Notes under the pieces: model-generated
Databases searched by the model: none
What the model was told of the DNA's origin: nothing
What the model saw: the letters and a program-made list of their open reading frames with translations, nothing else
Source: Thermodesulfobacteriota bacterium
GTDB lineage: Bacteria; Desulfobacterota; Binatia; Bin18
Assembly (NCBI GenBank): GCA_964291405.2
Contig: OZ219926.1
Span: 2,656,001 to 2,720,000 of the forward strand
Direction of reading: 5' to 3'
DNA length: 64,000 nucleotides
Shown: in pieces, positions 40,130-50,436 of the stretch
Layout: each line of letters opens with the position of its first letter
How positions within the stretch are numbered: position 1 is the first letter of the stretch
Made by a program: the position numbers and the translations under genes

Positions 40130-40217
40130 GGTTTTCCGTGGGTGGTGGGATGTTTTCTTTACTTTCCTATCGTTTGCGTCCATCTCTATTAGAATAACTA
40201 AAATTAAATTTTAGACC

Positions 40218-40246
40218 TTGACTCTCAATGTGAGGGTGCTAGGTAG
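40218..40246 (+). promoter_or_regulatory. Possible sigma70 promoter for the hpf-usp-ferritin cluster
   Basis: TTGACT preceded by an AT-rich tract, with a weak TG-extended -10. Confidence 0.3.
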
Positions 40247-40530
40247 GAAAGAGTAGTGTGTGGAAGGCCGTGGCGAGGGTAACGTCGTCCACACACTGAT
40301 AGAGAGGAGGACAGCTGCTCTATATGCCAACTCGGGAGCAACATCTCAGCTCCGTTCCTCTCAGCCGAACGATTCGGTTTTTTCCATCCACACAATCCTC
40401 CCGTTTAGATACGATTTCCTCTATCAAAACTGCTGACGTATCTCCTCTTTTAGAGCCACGTCCGCCTCCAACCGGTAACACTCTGAGGTAGGCCTTTTTC
40501 GTGAACCCAAAGAGTTGGAGGAGTAGAAGT

Positions 40531-40881
40531 ATGCAACTTCCAGTGCAAATCGTCTCTCGCGACCTGCATCTTTCCAGACACCTAGAGACAACCATTCATG
40601 AGAAGGCCGGCAAGCTTGATACCTTTTATAGCCGCATTACTCGCTGCCAAGTCGTTATTGAATCCCAGACCCATCATCACTGGAAGAGTCAATCCTACAA
40701 GGTTCGGATCGACCTGAGCGTTCCTGGTGCTGAACTGGTCGTCAACCACCATGAAAACCAGGATTTAAAAGTCGCTATTCGAGATGCCTTTGATGCGGCC
40801 AAACGTCAGTTGCAAAACTATGCCCACCAACAACGCGGCGATGTGAAAGCGCATTCCGCAACGGTGGAGGCGTGGCATTAG
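40531..40881 (+). CDS. Ribosome hibernation factor HPF/RaiA family
   Basis: MQLP.QI..R, V.I.L.VPG..L, D...AI.DAFD...RQL. Confidence 0.85.
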   Translation: MQLPVQIVSRDLHLSRHLETTIHEKAGKLDTFYSRITRCQVVIESQTHHHWKSQSYKVRIDLSVPGAELVVNHHENQDLKVAIRDAFDAAKRQLQNYAHQQRGDVKAHSATVEAWH

Positions 40882-40926
40882 AACGAATGATAGGCCGTTC
40901 CTGTTTCCTGAAGGAAAGGACAAGCT

Positions 40927-41838
40927 ATGGCTGAGGGATTTCGCAAGATTGTGTGTCCTGTCTATTTGGATGAAACATCGCCCCAGACGCTCTCGTATGC
41001 GCGACACTTCGCCCAACTCGGAGATGGGACCATCTACCTCCTTCATGTCGTACCCACCGATGAGTTGCATCTCCTGCGCAAGGTCTATCAGCCGGACAAA
41101 AGCGGTGGGGCAGATATCAGTACGGCAGAACGCGTTGCCCGGGAACAGTTAGAGGAGATTGCTCAGGAACATTTCAGCGACACCAACCATGCCATTCTGA
41201 CTCAATTCAATAGCAATCCGGCTGCTGGAATTCTGGAAGCCCAAAAAGAAGTAGGCGCTGACCTTGTGGTGATGTCCTCGCACGGTCGAACCGGATTTGC
41301 CCATCTCGTTCTGGGTAGTGTTGCCGAAAGGGTCGTACGGGAGGCCGTCTGCCCAGTCTTGACCATTCGTCAAGGAGATGAAGAAGTCACCACCTCTGCA
41401 TTCCAGAATATCCTTGTTCCGGTTGACATTGCCGACCGGTCGGCGACTGCCCTCATCTGCGCCAGGCAAATTGCGGCACAGCATGGGGGAACCGTCTATC
41501 CACTCCACGTTGTTCCAACCGAAGACATCTACCTCCAGCGCGATGTCTACCGGCTTCAGGAAGGAGAGGGAACGAATCTTGTACTGGCAGAAAAGGTGGC
41601 CAAAGAGCGCTTAGCGGAAGTCTCACAGACCTATCTTGAGGGCGTCCGGTACGAACCGGTTGTCCATGTGAGTAGTGATCCGGCCCGCACTTTTCTTGAA
41701 ATGGAAAAGGAAGTTGGCGCGGATTTACTGGTGATGGCGACCCATGGGTTCACCGGTCTGTTTCACCTTTTGCTCGGTAGTCTGACCGAAAAAATGATGC
41801 GTGAAGCAGGCTGCCCGGTCTTAGCTCTTCACCAGTAG
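40927..41838 (+). CDS. Tandem universal stress protein
   Basis: Two domains, each ending DL.VM..HG.TG...LGS..E...R.A.CPVL. Confidence 0.9.
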   Translation: MAEGFRKIVCPVYLDETSPQTLSYARHFAQLGDGTIYLLHVVPTDELHLLRKVYQPDKSGGADISTAERVAREQLEEIAQEHFSDTNHAILTQFNSNPAAGILEAQKEVGADLVVMSSHGRTGFAHLVLGSVAERVVREAVCPVLTIRQGDEEVTTSAFQNILVPVDIADRSATALICARQIAAQHGGTVYPLHVVPTEDIYLQRDVYRLQEGEGTNLVLAEKVAKERLAEVSQTYLEGVRYEPVVHVSSDPARTFLEMEKEVGADLLVMATHGFTGLFHLLLGSLTEKMMREAGCPVLALHQ

Positions 41839-41892
41839 CAGAAAGAAGGAGCGACGGAGTCTGATCCACAACACAAGAGAAGGGGCACTCTG

Positions 41893-42402
41893 ATGAAGGA
41901 TACAGCCTACAGGATTGTGAGTGAATCTCTGAAAGACGAGTTGCGGGCTATTGATTTTTACTTGCTTGCCGCAGATGCAGCGCCCACTCCAGCCGCTCGA
42001 CTTGCAGCTCGGCAGTTCGCCAGAGAAGAAGAACAACATCTTGACGACCTCATAGAGTGGATTGAGTGGGAAGACGATCCAGAACTCCACATGGTCCTAC
42101 AAAATATCCATCTCCTCCAGTACGATACGTCGCCCCAAACCGATGCCGTGCGGCACTGGGTAGAGCTATGTCACCAGCGGGAGGTCTCCGACCCTGTGCG
42201 GATGCTGTTTGAAATAGCGCTGGCAAAAGAGCAGGAGTCGCTCGGGCACTACCATGCCCTGGAGCGCCGAGTCACAGAGCCGCTGGCCCGTCGCGTGCTG
42301 CACGCAATCTGCCAGGCGGAAGAACAGCACCAGCGGTTCCTGGAAGAGCAGTATCATCGGCTGGTGGCTGAGCGCGAGGAGTCCACGCAGTCCTGGCACT
42401 AA
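41893..42402 (+). CDS. Ferritin-like / rubrerythrin-fold protein
   Basis: DE..AIDFY...EEEQH and KE..S...Y...EEQH diiron-type motifs. Confidence 0.75.
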   Translation: MKDTAYRIVSESLKDELRAIDFYLLAADAAPTPAARLAARQFAREEEQHLDDLIEWIEWEDDPELHMVLQNIHLLQYDTSPQTDAVRHWVELCHQREVSDPVRMLFEIALAKEQESLGHYHALERRVTEPLARRVLHAICQAEEQHQRFLEEQYHRLVAEREESTQSWH

Positions 42403-42500
42403 GGAGAACAGGGTCGCGTTTCCCTTCTCCGCATACGCGGATATCTGTGGCAAGATGCTGACTGAGAAGACGGGGCTGGTTGAAGCCTGCTGAGCAGCAT

Positions 42501-43529
42501 TCAGCGCGTCCGGAATTCTCTGAGCCGAGTCTGTGTGACAAGCTGCCCCAACGTTTGGAGCGTGAAGACTTTCCCCCGAGTCGCTAAGAGTAATTTCTTC
42601 ATATCTTCTCGCCTGACCCCAAAACCCCGTCCGGCGATACATGCGATAATCTCAAACCTGGGTTGTCCGTCCGGGCTTCTCTGTCTGCTGATAGTATCGA
42701 GGTGTTGTACCCGAGTGACTTTATCCCGAGCGGTTCCATCGTCTTCCGTCACTTTGGCTTCAATAACGACTTGCGGATTGTACTCGTCGGGAACAATGAA
42801 GTCTGGTGTTTGATCAAAGCCAGCTATCCTCTCCGCTCGTTTCGGTTGTCTAGAGTCTATCCCATACTGGTCCAAGACTTTTGCGATTGCGGATTCGAGA
42901 AGGTTGCCGACCAACTCAGAAACCGAGTCGCGATGTCCAGCAAACGGGCGGCCTAGAAAACGTTCGTACAGTAACATCGCATATGGAACCCCCAACCGGG
43001 ATAAACTCCGGATGGTTATTAAACCCTCTTGGGAATCAGCCTTCCGCAAGCGGTGAATCTTCTCCTCTTCCGTTTGGGGGGCGGGAATGCTGAGGAGTTC
43101 ACACGCAACGGTCACAAGGGCTTCAATACGAGGCGCAGTGGTCTTTGTCAGGCGGAGCGGTGAGAAGGGATTAGCGCGGATTTTTCGGTCAATACTCCTC
43201 GCAAAGTTCTGGGAAATCTCGACCCCCGTTCGCCGGGCTGCCACCTATGCCCACTCCGGCGGCGTAAAGCCGAGCATAGTCCGTAAAACGATGAGTGTTA
43301 AAGGGCTCTGATAGATGGTTGCCAAAACAGTTTCGCTTTGGAGATGGTCAAAACCATCGGTTGCTCTTTTGAGCATTTCGTACGCTCGCTCAAACTGTGG
43401 ATAGTCGAGGAAATCGTCCCCTTTGGGGAGAACGAGAAACTCCGACTCCAGGCTTGAAAAAACGGCATCGATATAGGGCTCTGGATTTGCTTCAATCTCA
43501 TCAAGAGAAGCCTCAAAAGGATACTTCAT
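42501..43529 (-). pseudogene. PD-(D/E)xK restriction endonuclease-like gene interrupted by an in-frame TAG (43247-43245)
   Basis: 94-aa and 247-aa ORFs are contiguous in frame (PPEWA-TAG-VAARR); PDFIVPD...IEAK; coupled to the MTase. Confidence 0.7.
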
Positions 43530-45783
43530 ATGGAGGACTCTCAGCTTCCTTCACGCGTACTGTTCGTTTCCCTGAAATAGGAGAGAGATTATCCGGGAGA
43601 TAGTGTTCAACCTGCTCTATCCCCCCGAGGTCTTGTACTGCCTGAGAGATGCGCTGTAGCTTCTCTTCGGTCTTTTTCTCTTTTTGCCATGTCTTGCGGA
43701 TATGCCAGATAGCGAGGCGAATCAGATGCCCATAGGCAATGCACCGAGCATCGCCACGAGTTGGCTTGTGGCCACCATTTGTGAGTTGTTCCAGGTCATC
43801 TTCGACTAAACCGGCAATCTCCTGAGGGGTTGAAACAAGAGTGCGCCGAGAGATACGTCCGGTTGAGCGACAGACAAAGACAGTATCAACGATTGAGGAC
43901 CCCGTTCCGCTGATATGAATCGAAGCGCCCATTTCAGCCGGGCAGGCTAAAGAGGCAGAACACACAAGGCCAGCGTCGAGCATCGCCACCGAAATCGGGT
44001 AGTACGCTTCAAGCGTATTGTGGTGGTAGGTAAACGCCAGTGGTGCCCCTGGTTTCAGGGCCGTAGCCATGCGAGACCAGACTGAAGAGAGTCCTTCGGT
44101 GAAATGGTCCAAGTCTCGTTCCATGGTGGCGTTCCCCGTCAATTCGTTCCTGTGTCGTGTTGTCTGACTATCAAAAATCTCACCGGCCACGAGACGGCGG
44201 AGCCAGACATAACAGAAGTCCATCAGCTCGGCGTATTGAACGTTGGCAAAATACGGGGGGTCCGTAAAAACCGCATCAAGGGATCGAGGAGGGAGGTCTA
44301 TCTGCGTTGAACTCGCACAGTGTAAAGCGACAGTCCGGCTCCTCTTACCTTCCCGTTCTCTTCCAATCCACTCGTCAGTAATAGGAATCTGTCTCTTTCG
44401 ACCGCTTTGACGAACAACCTCGAAAGGGTGCTCACAGTACTGCTTGGCCTTGAAAAATTTTTCAACAATATTGGACCAACCGCCACTGCCAATGTTGACT
44501 CTTGCTTTCTCTTTCATAAGACCGAGAAAATTGGATTCGCAAGAAATCAGTCCCACGGGAAAACCGTGAACCGAAAAGATATCAAGGGATTTGAGAGCAT
44601 AGGTATCGTAGCGACAGAGCATATTTTGATAGCGGAGTAAGTCTGAAAGGTTTGTCGATAATGCCTCTCTGAGGCGTTGATCCTTCTGCTGGGCAATCGC
44701 GCGGCAGGCGAGTTCAAGACTGAGTAGCTGCCTGTTATTAAACATTTCCCTGTAACGCGAGTATCCCCACCTATGGAGACGATCTGTTTCATCTCCCGCC
44801 GGTATGTGATTATCCGGGATATATTCTGTTTTACCGTTCAGTAGGACTGTTTCCGCCTCTCGATATCTAGCGAGGTCGGTGGCATCCGCTTTCTTAAAAA
44901 AGCGTCCCTGATGGCGGGGTCTACACTGCGAGCAGTGATACTCAATGGCGAACATGCGGTGCTGAGGCGGACCGTGAGGTTTGTGAGGATAGGTATTCAC
45001 AGTCCCACAGTCAGGGCAGGCACAGCGATTACGAGCGGCCGGTCCTTTCAGGCTCAACGGAGTCTGACACCAGGAGCAGATTCCCGGATCATTTCTCTCT
45101 TCCGTCTCGTTTAATTCGCCACACGAAGGACAGAGCAGGACATTTTTCGGATGCCTGCGATCCTCTGCTAAGAGGTAGCCGGGAAAGAGATCAAACTCGC
45201 GTTTACAGTTCTCGCACTGATGCGTCTTCACCCAGAGGAAATATTTAACGGCTGCGTCTCGCTTCCCACAAAAAGTGCACTCCGTTTTGTAAAAATCTCC
45301 TAGTTCATTCTCCAGCCGCTGTCCTATCTCAGAAGTAGCTTCTCGGTATTTGCACAGGTCTAGTTCCTCTATTTCCTGTTTGACAACCCAGTAGGCCATC
45401 GGGTTGATGTCGTAACCGAAGACGCTACACCCCAGCCGATTCGCCTCAAGAAGGGGGGTGCCTCCTCCCATAAAGGGGTCGGCGATCTGTCTCCCTGCAA
45501 GGTTGTGAGACTCATAAAAGGTCTCTTTGAGAGGGCCTTCTACAAATTCGGATAATAAAAGTGCGCGAAAGAGGGTGCCGGGCCGCCGTGCAAACCACTT
45601 ATGGACGGCGATAATCGGCCGGTAGTTTTGTTGGATCTGTTTCTCCCTCAACGCGAGGCCAGAAACGAAGGCGACATCAAACTGGCGCTCTATTCCTCGG
45701 CCGAGTGAATGAGCTTTCTGTGAGGGTCCTTCGGAGAATAAGTCCGCCTGTCCTTGAACTGCCACGGCTCGTTCCGTTTCCAA
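43513..45783 (-). CDS. DUF1156-type amino (probably adenine) DNA methyltransferase with Zn ribbons
   Basis: HKWFARRPG, DPFMGGGT, DINP, multiple CxxC, TDPPY. Confidence 0.85.
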   Translation of the reverse strand: METERAVAVQGQADLFSEGPSQKAHSLGRGIERQFDVAFVSGLALREKQIQQNYRPIIAVHKWFARRPGTLFRALLLSEFVEGPLKETFYESHNLAGRQIADPFMGGGTPLLEANRLGCSVFGYDINPMAYWVVKQEIEELDLCKYREATSEIGQRLENELGDFYKTECTFCGKRDAAVKYFLWVKTHQCENCKREFDLFPGYLLAEDRRHPKNVLLCPSCGELNETEERNDPGICSWCQTPLSLKGPAARNRCACPDCGTVNTYPHKPHGPPQHRMFAIEYHCSQCRPRHQGRFFKKADATDLARYREAETVLLNGKTEYIPDNHIPAGDETDRLHRWGYSRYREMFNNRQLLSLELACRAIAQQKDQRLREALSTNLSDLLRYQNMLCRYDTYALKSLDIFSVHGFPVGLISCESNFLGLMKEKARVNIGSGGWSNIVEKFFKAKQYCEHPFEVVRQSGRKRQIPITDEWIGREREGKRSRTVALHCASSTQIDLPPRSLDAVFTDPPYFANVQYAELMDFCYVWLRRLVAGEIFDSQTTRHRNELTGNATMERDLDHFTEGLSSVWSRMATALKPGAPLAFTYHHNTLEAYYPISVAMLDAGLVCSASLACPAEMGASIHISGTGSSIVDTVFVCRSTGRISRRTLVSTPQEIAGLVEDDLEQLTNGGHKPTRGDARCIAYGHLIRLAIWHIRKTWQKEKKTEEKLQRISQAVQDLGGIEQVEHYLPDNLSPISGKRTVRVKEAESPPYEVSF

Positions 45784-45861
45784 TATGGGTTATCGTTCAA
45801 TAGAGACTATCATGATCGATACAGAATGGCGCTCCCACTCACCCCCACACTGTCCTCCAGG

Positions 45862-47268
45862 TTAAAACTCCATCTCTTTGACATCTTCTGCAATATGGAG
45901 GGGCGCGGCAGTCGCTGTTCGTACTGCGTCGGGGGTGACGCCTGGCACAAGTTCTTTTAGGACAAAGCCCCGAGAGGTCACTTGAATCAAGGCCAGGTTT
46001 GTCAACACCCACGAGACGCACTCACGGGCGGTGAGCGGATAGGTACACTTGGGGAGAAGCTTTGGCTCACCCGCCTTTGTGGTGTGATGCATTACAACAA
46101 TCAACCGGCGTGTTCCAGCAGCAAGGTCCATGGCCCCGCCAATTGAACCGGCCTTCATATGTGGGGCTTTCCAGTTTGCCAGGTCGCCGTTTGCTGCGAC
46201 CTGAAAGCCGCCGAGTATGACCGTGTTGATATGTCCCCCGCGGGCCATGGCAAACGCATCTGTACTATCAAAGAAACTGGCCCCCGGTTGCGGTGTCACC
46301 AACTGGGAACTGGCATTATACAGATCGATATCCTCTTCCCCGGCTGCGGCAAGCGGACCATAGCCCAGCACGCCGTTCTCGGCGTGGAGCGTCACGTCGT
46401 CGGCAATAAAATCCGAGACCAGGGTTGGCAGACCAATCCCGAGGTTCACATACTGACCAGGCTCTAAGAGGCGCGCGGCGCGCAGCGCCATGAGCTCTGG
46501 CGTCAGGCCGCTTGGAGACTCAGTGGTCTGCTCTGCCGTTTTGATCGTCCGGCCTTGGGTCCGCATGAGCTCCAAGACCTGAGCACGGTCGAGCGGTTTT
46601 TTACGTAGAACAAGCCGGTCGACAAATATGCCTGGGGTGACAATCGCCTCTGGATCAAGCTGCCCTGACTCGACAATTTCATCGACCTCGGCGATGGTGA
46701 CTGTCGCCGCAGAGGCGAACGGGGGGTTAAAATTGCGCGCCGTACCGCGGTAGAGCAGATTACCGGCCGTATCGGCTTTATACGCTCGAATGAGGGCAAA
46801 GTCGGCGTGGAGGGCGGTTTCCATGAGATACTCCCGGCCGTCAAAGGCCCGTTTCTCTTTCCCCTGCTCGACAACCGTGCCAACCCCGGTTGGAGTGAAA
46901 AACGCGGGAATCCCTGCTCCAGCAGCACGAATGCGCTCGACCAAGGTTCCCTGGGGCACGATTTCAAAGGCGACTTCGCCCCGTCCAATCTGCTCGGACA
47001 GCGGCGTTGTGCGGTAAGCATAGCCCCCAAAAGAGGAGATCAGTTTCGAGACTTGGCCGTTTTCGGCGAGAATTTGAGGAGACAGCGACCCAAATCCGGG
47101 AGAATTGCAGATAATGGTCAGGTCGCTCACACCACTGTCTCGGAGGGCAAAGAGCAATTCATGGGGCCACCCCTGGAGTACGCCAAATCCGCCTATCAGA
47201 ATACCCGCCCCGTCCTGAATATCGGCAATCGCTTCGACTGCGGAGTAACGAGCCTTTTGTACACTCAT
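45862..47268 (-). CDS. 3-oxoacid CoA-transferase, fused A and B subunits
   Basis: IGGFG, PQGTLVERIRAAGAGIPAF, VNLGIGLP, AENG, GGAMDL. Confidence 0.9.
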   Translation of the reverse strand: MSVQKARYSAVEAIADIQDGAGILIGGFGVLQGWPHELLFALRDSGVSDLTIICNSPGFGSLSPQILAENGQVSKLISSFGGYAYRTTPLSEQIGRGEVAFEIVPQGTLVERIRAAGAGIPAFFTPTGVGTVVEQGKEKRAFDGREYLMETALHADFALIRAYKADTAGNLLYRGTARNFNPPFASAATVTIAEVDEIVESGQLDPEAIVTPGIFVDRLVLRKKPLDRAQVLELMRTQGRTIKTAEQTTESPSGLTPELMALRAARLLEPGQYVNLGIGLPTLVSDFIADDVTLHAENGVLGYGPLAAAGEEDIDLYNASSQLVTPQPGASFFDSTDAFAMARGGHINTVILGGFQVAANGDLANWKAPHMKAGSIGGAMDLAAGTRRLIVVMHHTTKAGEPKLLPKCTYPLTARECVSWVLTNLALIQVTSRGFVLKELVPGVTPDAVRTATAAPLHIAEDVKEMEF

Positions 47269-47409
47269 ATAACCCTCATACACGATGAAAAAGATTTGGG
47301 CTGACCGCTCGGTCAGGTTGATCTTCGTTCTCCTGACCCGTAATATGGCCCATCGGGCCGATACGCGCCGTCGGAGTGAGCGAATATAAGCGTGCAGGAA
47401 GGATAACCA

Positions 47410-47970
47410 GTGGCTGACCATCCAGTATGGCTCTCACAAGGCGCCCCTCAGGGGGAAACACAGCCGCTCGTGATATTTCACTATCCACTCGCTTTTACCC
47501 TTACCGGCCGAGAAGCTGGAGCCCCGTTGACGGTGACGGTAGAAACCCCGCTTGATGATATTCGTGCAGAAGACCTAGCCTACATGGAGAAGGTCCTGCA
47601 TTTTGTGACAGCGCAGCAACAGAACGGTAAAGTCCGACCGCGTGACTCTCAACCCTCCCCAGTAGGAACAATGCCAACCGGTCGGATATGCGACCTGTGT
47701 GAGATGGCCCACTATACGCAGTGGTATGCCGAGTTCTACGCTCCCCTCCGTTTCACCATCCTCGACTGCGATTCCTGTGAGGTGCCCATCGCGGTCCTTG
47801 GCGAGCACCGCGTCGATGTGCGTCCGGAAGAGGTTGCGTTTATGGAAAATGCCCTCAATATCGTGGCCGAACAAAAGTATATCGGGAAATTCCCGAAGTG
47901 GATGTTCGACCACAATATGCGGCAGATTCCGGATCATTATCATTTTCACGTCCGCCCCTTGCTATGGTGA
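47410..47970 (+). CDS. HIT-like zinc protein with a degenerate N-terminal duplicate
   Basis: CDLC, DCDSC, RQIPDHYHFH; SD AAGGA before GTG. Confidence 0.65.
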   Translation: MADHPVWLSQGAPQGETQPLVIFHYPLAFTLTGREAGAPLTVTVETPLDDIRAEDLAYMEKVLHFVTAQQQNGKVRPRDSQPSPVGTMPTGRICDLCEMAHYTQWYAEFYAPLRFTILDCDSCEVPIAVLGEHRVDVRPEEVAFMENALNIVAEQKYIGKFPKWMFDHNMRQIPDHYHFHVRPLLW

Positions 47971-48024
47971 AAAGAGGAAACGTGCCCTCCAATCATTCAC
48001 AAAAGCTGGACATGTTTCCTCTTT
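47971..48024 (+). repeat. 54-nt hairpin element, copy 3 (directly after a TGA stop)
   Basis: aaagaggaaacgtgccctccaatcattcacaaaagctggacatgtttcctcttt. Confidence 0.85.
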
Positions 48025-48050
48025 GCGGCGAGGAAAAGAAAGTGACGACT

Positions 48051-49076
48051 ATGCAGGCGATGTTATTGCTTGGCCCAGGGAAGATTGCCTGTCAGGAATT
48101 GCCCGTACCGGAACCGGGCCCCGAAGATGTCGTGCTGAAGGTTGAGTCTGCCTTGACCTGCGGAACGGACCTCAAGGCCTTTTTGCGTGGCCATCCCAAG
48201 ATGCCCCCGCCGATCCGTTTTGGCCATGAATACTCCGGAACGATTACCGCGTGCGGGTCGCAGGTCACAAATTTCCGTGAGGGCGACGACATCATGCTTG
48301 CGCCAACCGGCCCGTGCGGTCGCTGTTTTTATTGCCGGCGTGACCAGGAAAACCTGTGTACGTCACTTATGACGACCATGGCATTTGGCGGTTATGCGGA
48401 ATATGTCAGCCTTCCCGGTCGGATTGTCAGATCCAATATGTTCTCCAAACCAAAAAGCCTGCCTTTTGTCGAAGCCGCGCTGTTGGAGCCGGTGTCGTGT
48501 GTAGTCTTTGGATTACAGCAGGTGACGTTCACGCCCGACGACACGGTGGTGATTATTGGCGCGGGTGGCTTTGGACTGTTGCACCTCATCCTCTTAAAGA
48601 TGTTTGGTCTGGAGCGAGTCTATATGGTAGCGCGGAACCCGGACCGGGCCAGAGTTGCGGGCGAACTTGGTGCCTACCGCGTGATTGCCCGTCCGGCTGA
48701 GGAGGCCCGGGAGGAAGTCTTGGAGGCCACAGGGGGCCGGGGGGCAGACCTGGTCATTGAGTGTACGGCCCAGCCGAGCGTTTGGGAGGAATCTCTGTTC
48801 TTTGCCCGTCCCGGCGGCCAGGTCGTTCTCTTTGGCGGCTGCCCGCAGGGAACCAAGGTTTCTTTGGACGCGACTCGGCTGCACTACGATCAGATTCGTC
48901 TGTCGAGCCCCTTTCACTTTAACCCGGCCGCTGTGCGGAAAGCGTCCGAATTGCTCATATCCGGGCAGATTCCAACCGAGTACCTGATTAGTGGTCGCTA
49001 CCCCCTGATTGACCTCTGCCAGGCGTTTGATCGTATGCAGCGTGGCGAGGGGATCAAATACGAAGTCGTACCCTGA
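48051..49076 (+). CDS. Zinc-binding alcohol / polyol dehydrogenase
   Basis: CGTD, GHE, CGRCFYC...C, GAGGFG. Confidence 0.9.
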   Translation: MQAMLLLGPGKIACQELPVPEPGPEDVVLKVESALTCGTDLKAFLRGHPKMPPPIRFGHEYSGTITACGSQVTNFREGDDIMLAPTGPCGRCFYCRRDQENLCTSLMTTMAFGGYAEYVSLPGRIVRSNMFSKPKSLPFVEAALLEPVSCVVFGLQQVTFTPDDTVVIIGAGGFGLLHLILLKMFGLERVYMVARNPDRARVAGELGAYRVIARPAEEAREEVLEATGGRGADLVIECTAQPSVWEESLFFARPGGQVVLFGGCPQGTKVSLDATRLHYDQIRLSSPFHFNPAAVRKASELLISGQIPTEYLISGRYPLIDLCQAFDRMQRGEGIKYEVVP

Positions 49077-49091
49077 GGGTGAAAGGCTGCC

Positions 49092-50336
49092 ATGAAGATT
49101 GTTACCCCGAACGAAGCCGTACGAGCTATCCCCGACGGCAGCATTGCGATCTTCCCCCACAGCTGTGTCGAACCGACGACCTTCTATACGGCTTTCCAGC
49201 ACGAGGTCGAGCGCTTCAGCAACCTGACCGTGTATTCCGGGCTGGCGTTTGGAAAATATCCCTTTCTGGAAAAGGGATTGGGGACGAATTTTCGCTATGT
49301 GACCTGGCAGGCTGCGCCCCAGCTCCGGCGTTTGTTCAAAGAAAACGACCCGCGCAAGGTCGGCTTTGCCCCCATGCGGTTTAGCGAGATCACTCGTATC
49401 GTGAACAAGAACGGGATCATCAAGCCGGATGTCGTTGTGGCCCAAGTTTCGCCGCCCGACCAGGACGGAACGGTCAGTTTGGGGATTTCGGTCAGTATCT
49501 ATCAAGACTTTATCGATAGCGCGAAAATGGTGATCGCTGAGATGAATACCAATATGCCGGCAACGCACGGCCAGAGCCGGGTGCCGGTTGAGAAAATCGA
49601 TTTTGCCATAGAGTCTGCCGAACCCCTTGGAACCTATCGCTCGCCCCACCAAAGCGAGCGCGACGCCAAAATCGTTGACTATGTTCTCGACCTGGTTCCT
49701 GACCTGGCCTGGGTGCAACTCGGGATAGGTTCCGTCCCCGACGCGGTTCTGGGTCGATTGGCAGACAAACGAGGGGTAAACCTCTACTCGGGCATGTTGT
49801 CACAGGGGTTGATCCAGTTTCTTGATCAGGTGAAACACACCCCCAAGATTATCACCGGCGAGCTTGCCGGTGACCAGGAGTTCTTTGACTTTTGCGGTCG
49901 TAACTCGCTCGTAGAAATGGCGACCGTCGATGTCACCCACAATATTCTGGAGTTGGCAAAGCTGCCGCGTTTCGTCTCCATCAATTCCGCCGTAGAGATT
50001 GACCTGCACGGCCAGAGCAATGGCGAGACCATTGGGCCGGTGCAGATTAGCGGTGTCGGCGGCAGCCTCGACTATGTGGAAGCCGCGGCGCTGGCCGAGG
50101 ACGGTGTGTCCATCATTGCATTGCCGTCAACGACTGAAGACGGCAAGCGCTCCAAGATCGTCGCCGGCCTGGCCACCGGCGCCGTTGTCACCACGCCCCG
50201 CTTCTGTACCGACTATATCGTGACCGAATACGGCATTGCCCGCATGAAGGGCAAAGACCTCCGCGGGAGGGCCGAAGCCCTCATCCAAATCGCCCACCCG
50301 GATTTTCGGCCTGAATTGGAGAAGCGTTTGGACTAG
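49092..50336 (+). CDS. Acetyl-CoA hydrolase/transferase family protein
   Basis: SPPD..G.VSLG, QLGIG, NSAVEIDL.GQ, SGVGG, IAHPDFR. Confidence 0.85.
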   Translation: MKIVTPNEAVRAIPDGSIAIFPHSCVEPTTFYTAFQHEVERFSNLTVYSGLAFGKYPFLEKGLGTNFRYVTWQAAPQLRRLFKENDPRKVGFAPMRFSEITRIVNKNGIIKPDVVVAQVSPPDQDGTVSLGISVSIYQDFIDSAKMVIAEMNTNMPATHGQSRVPVEKIDFAIESAEPLGTYRSPHQSERDAKIVDYVLDLVPDLAWVQLGIGSVPDAVLGRLADKRGVNLYSGMLSQGLIQFLDQVKHTPKIITGELAGDQEFFDFCGRNSLVEMATVDVTHNILELAKLPRFVSINSAVEIDLHGQSNGETIGPVQISGVGGSLDYVEAAALAEDGVSIIALPSTTEDGKRSKIVAGLATGAVVTTPRFCTDYIVTEYGIARMKGKDLRGRAEALIQIAHPDFRPELEKRLD

Positions 50337-50436
50337 GAAATGTTCTGTTTACCGGCGTGAGTTATGTGAATTGTAGGAGCGCACTATCAGCCCTCTAGGG
50401 AGAGGATGTCAGTCTGAATTGAGCACTCTGAACTTG

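Noticed and set aside
43245-43247. Pyrrolysine at the nuclease TAG
   Set aside because: Not a methylamine methyltransferase context and no pyl genes in the window; a nonsense mutation is simpler.
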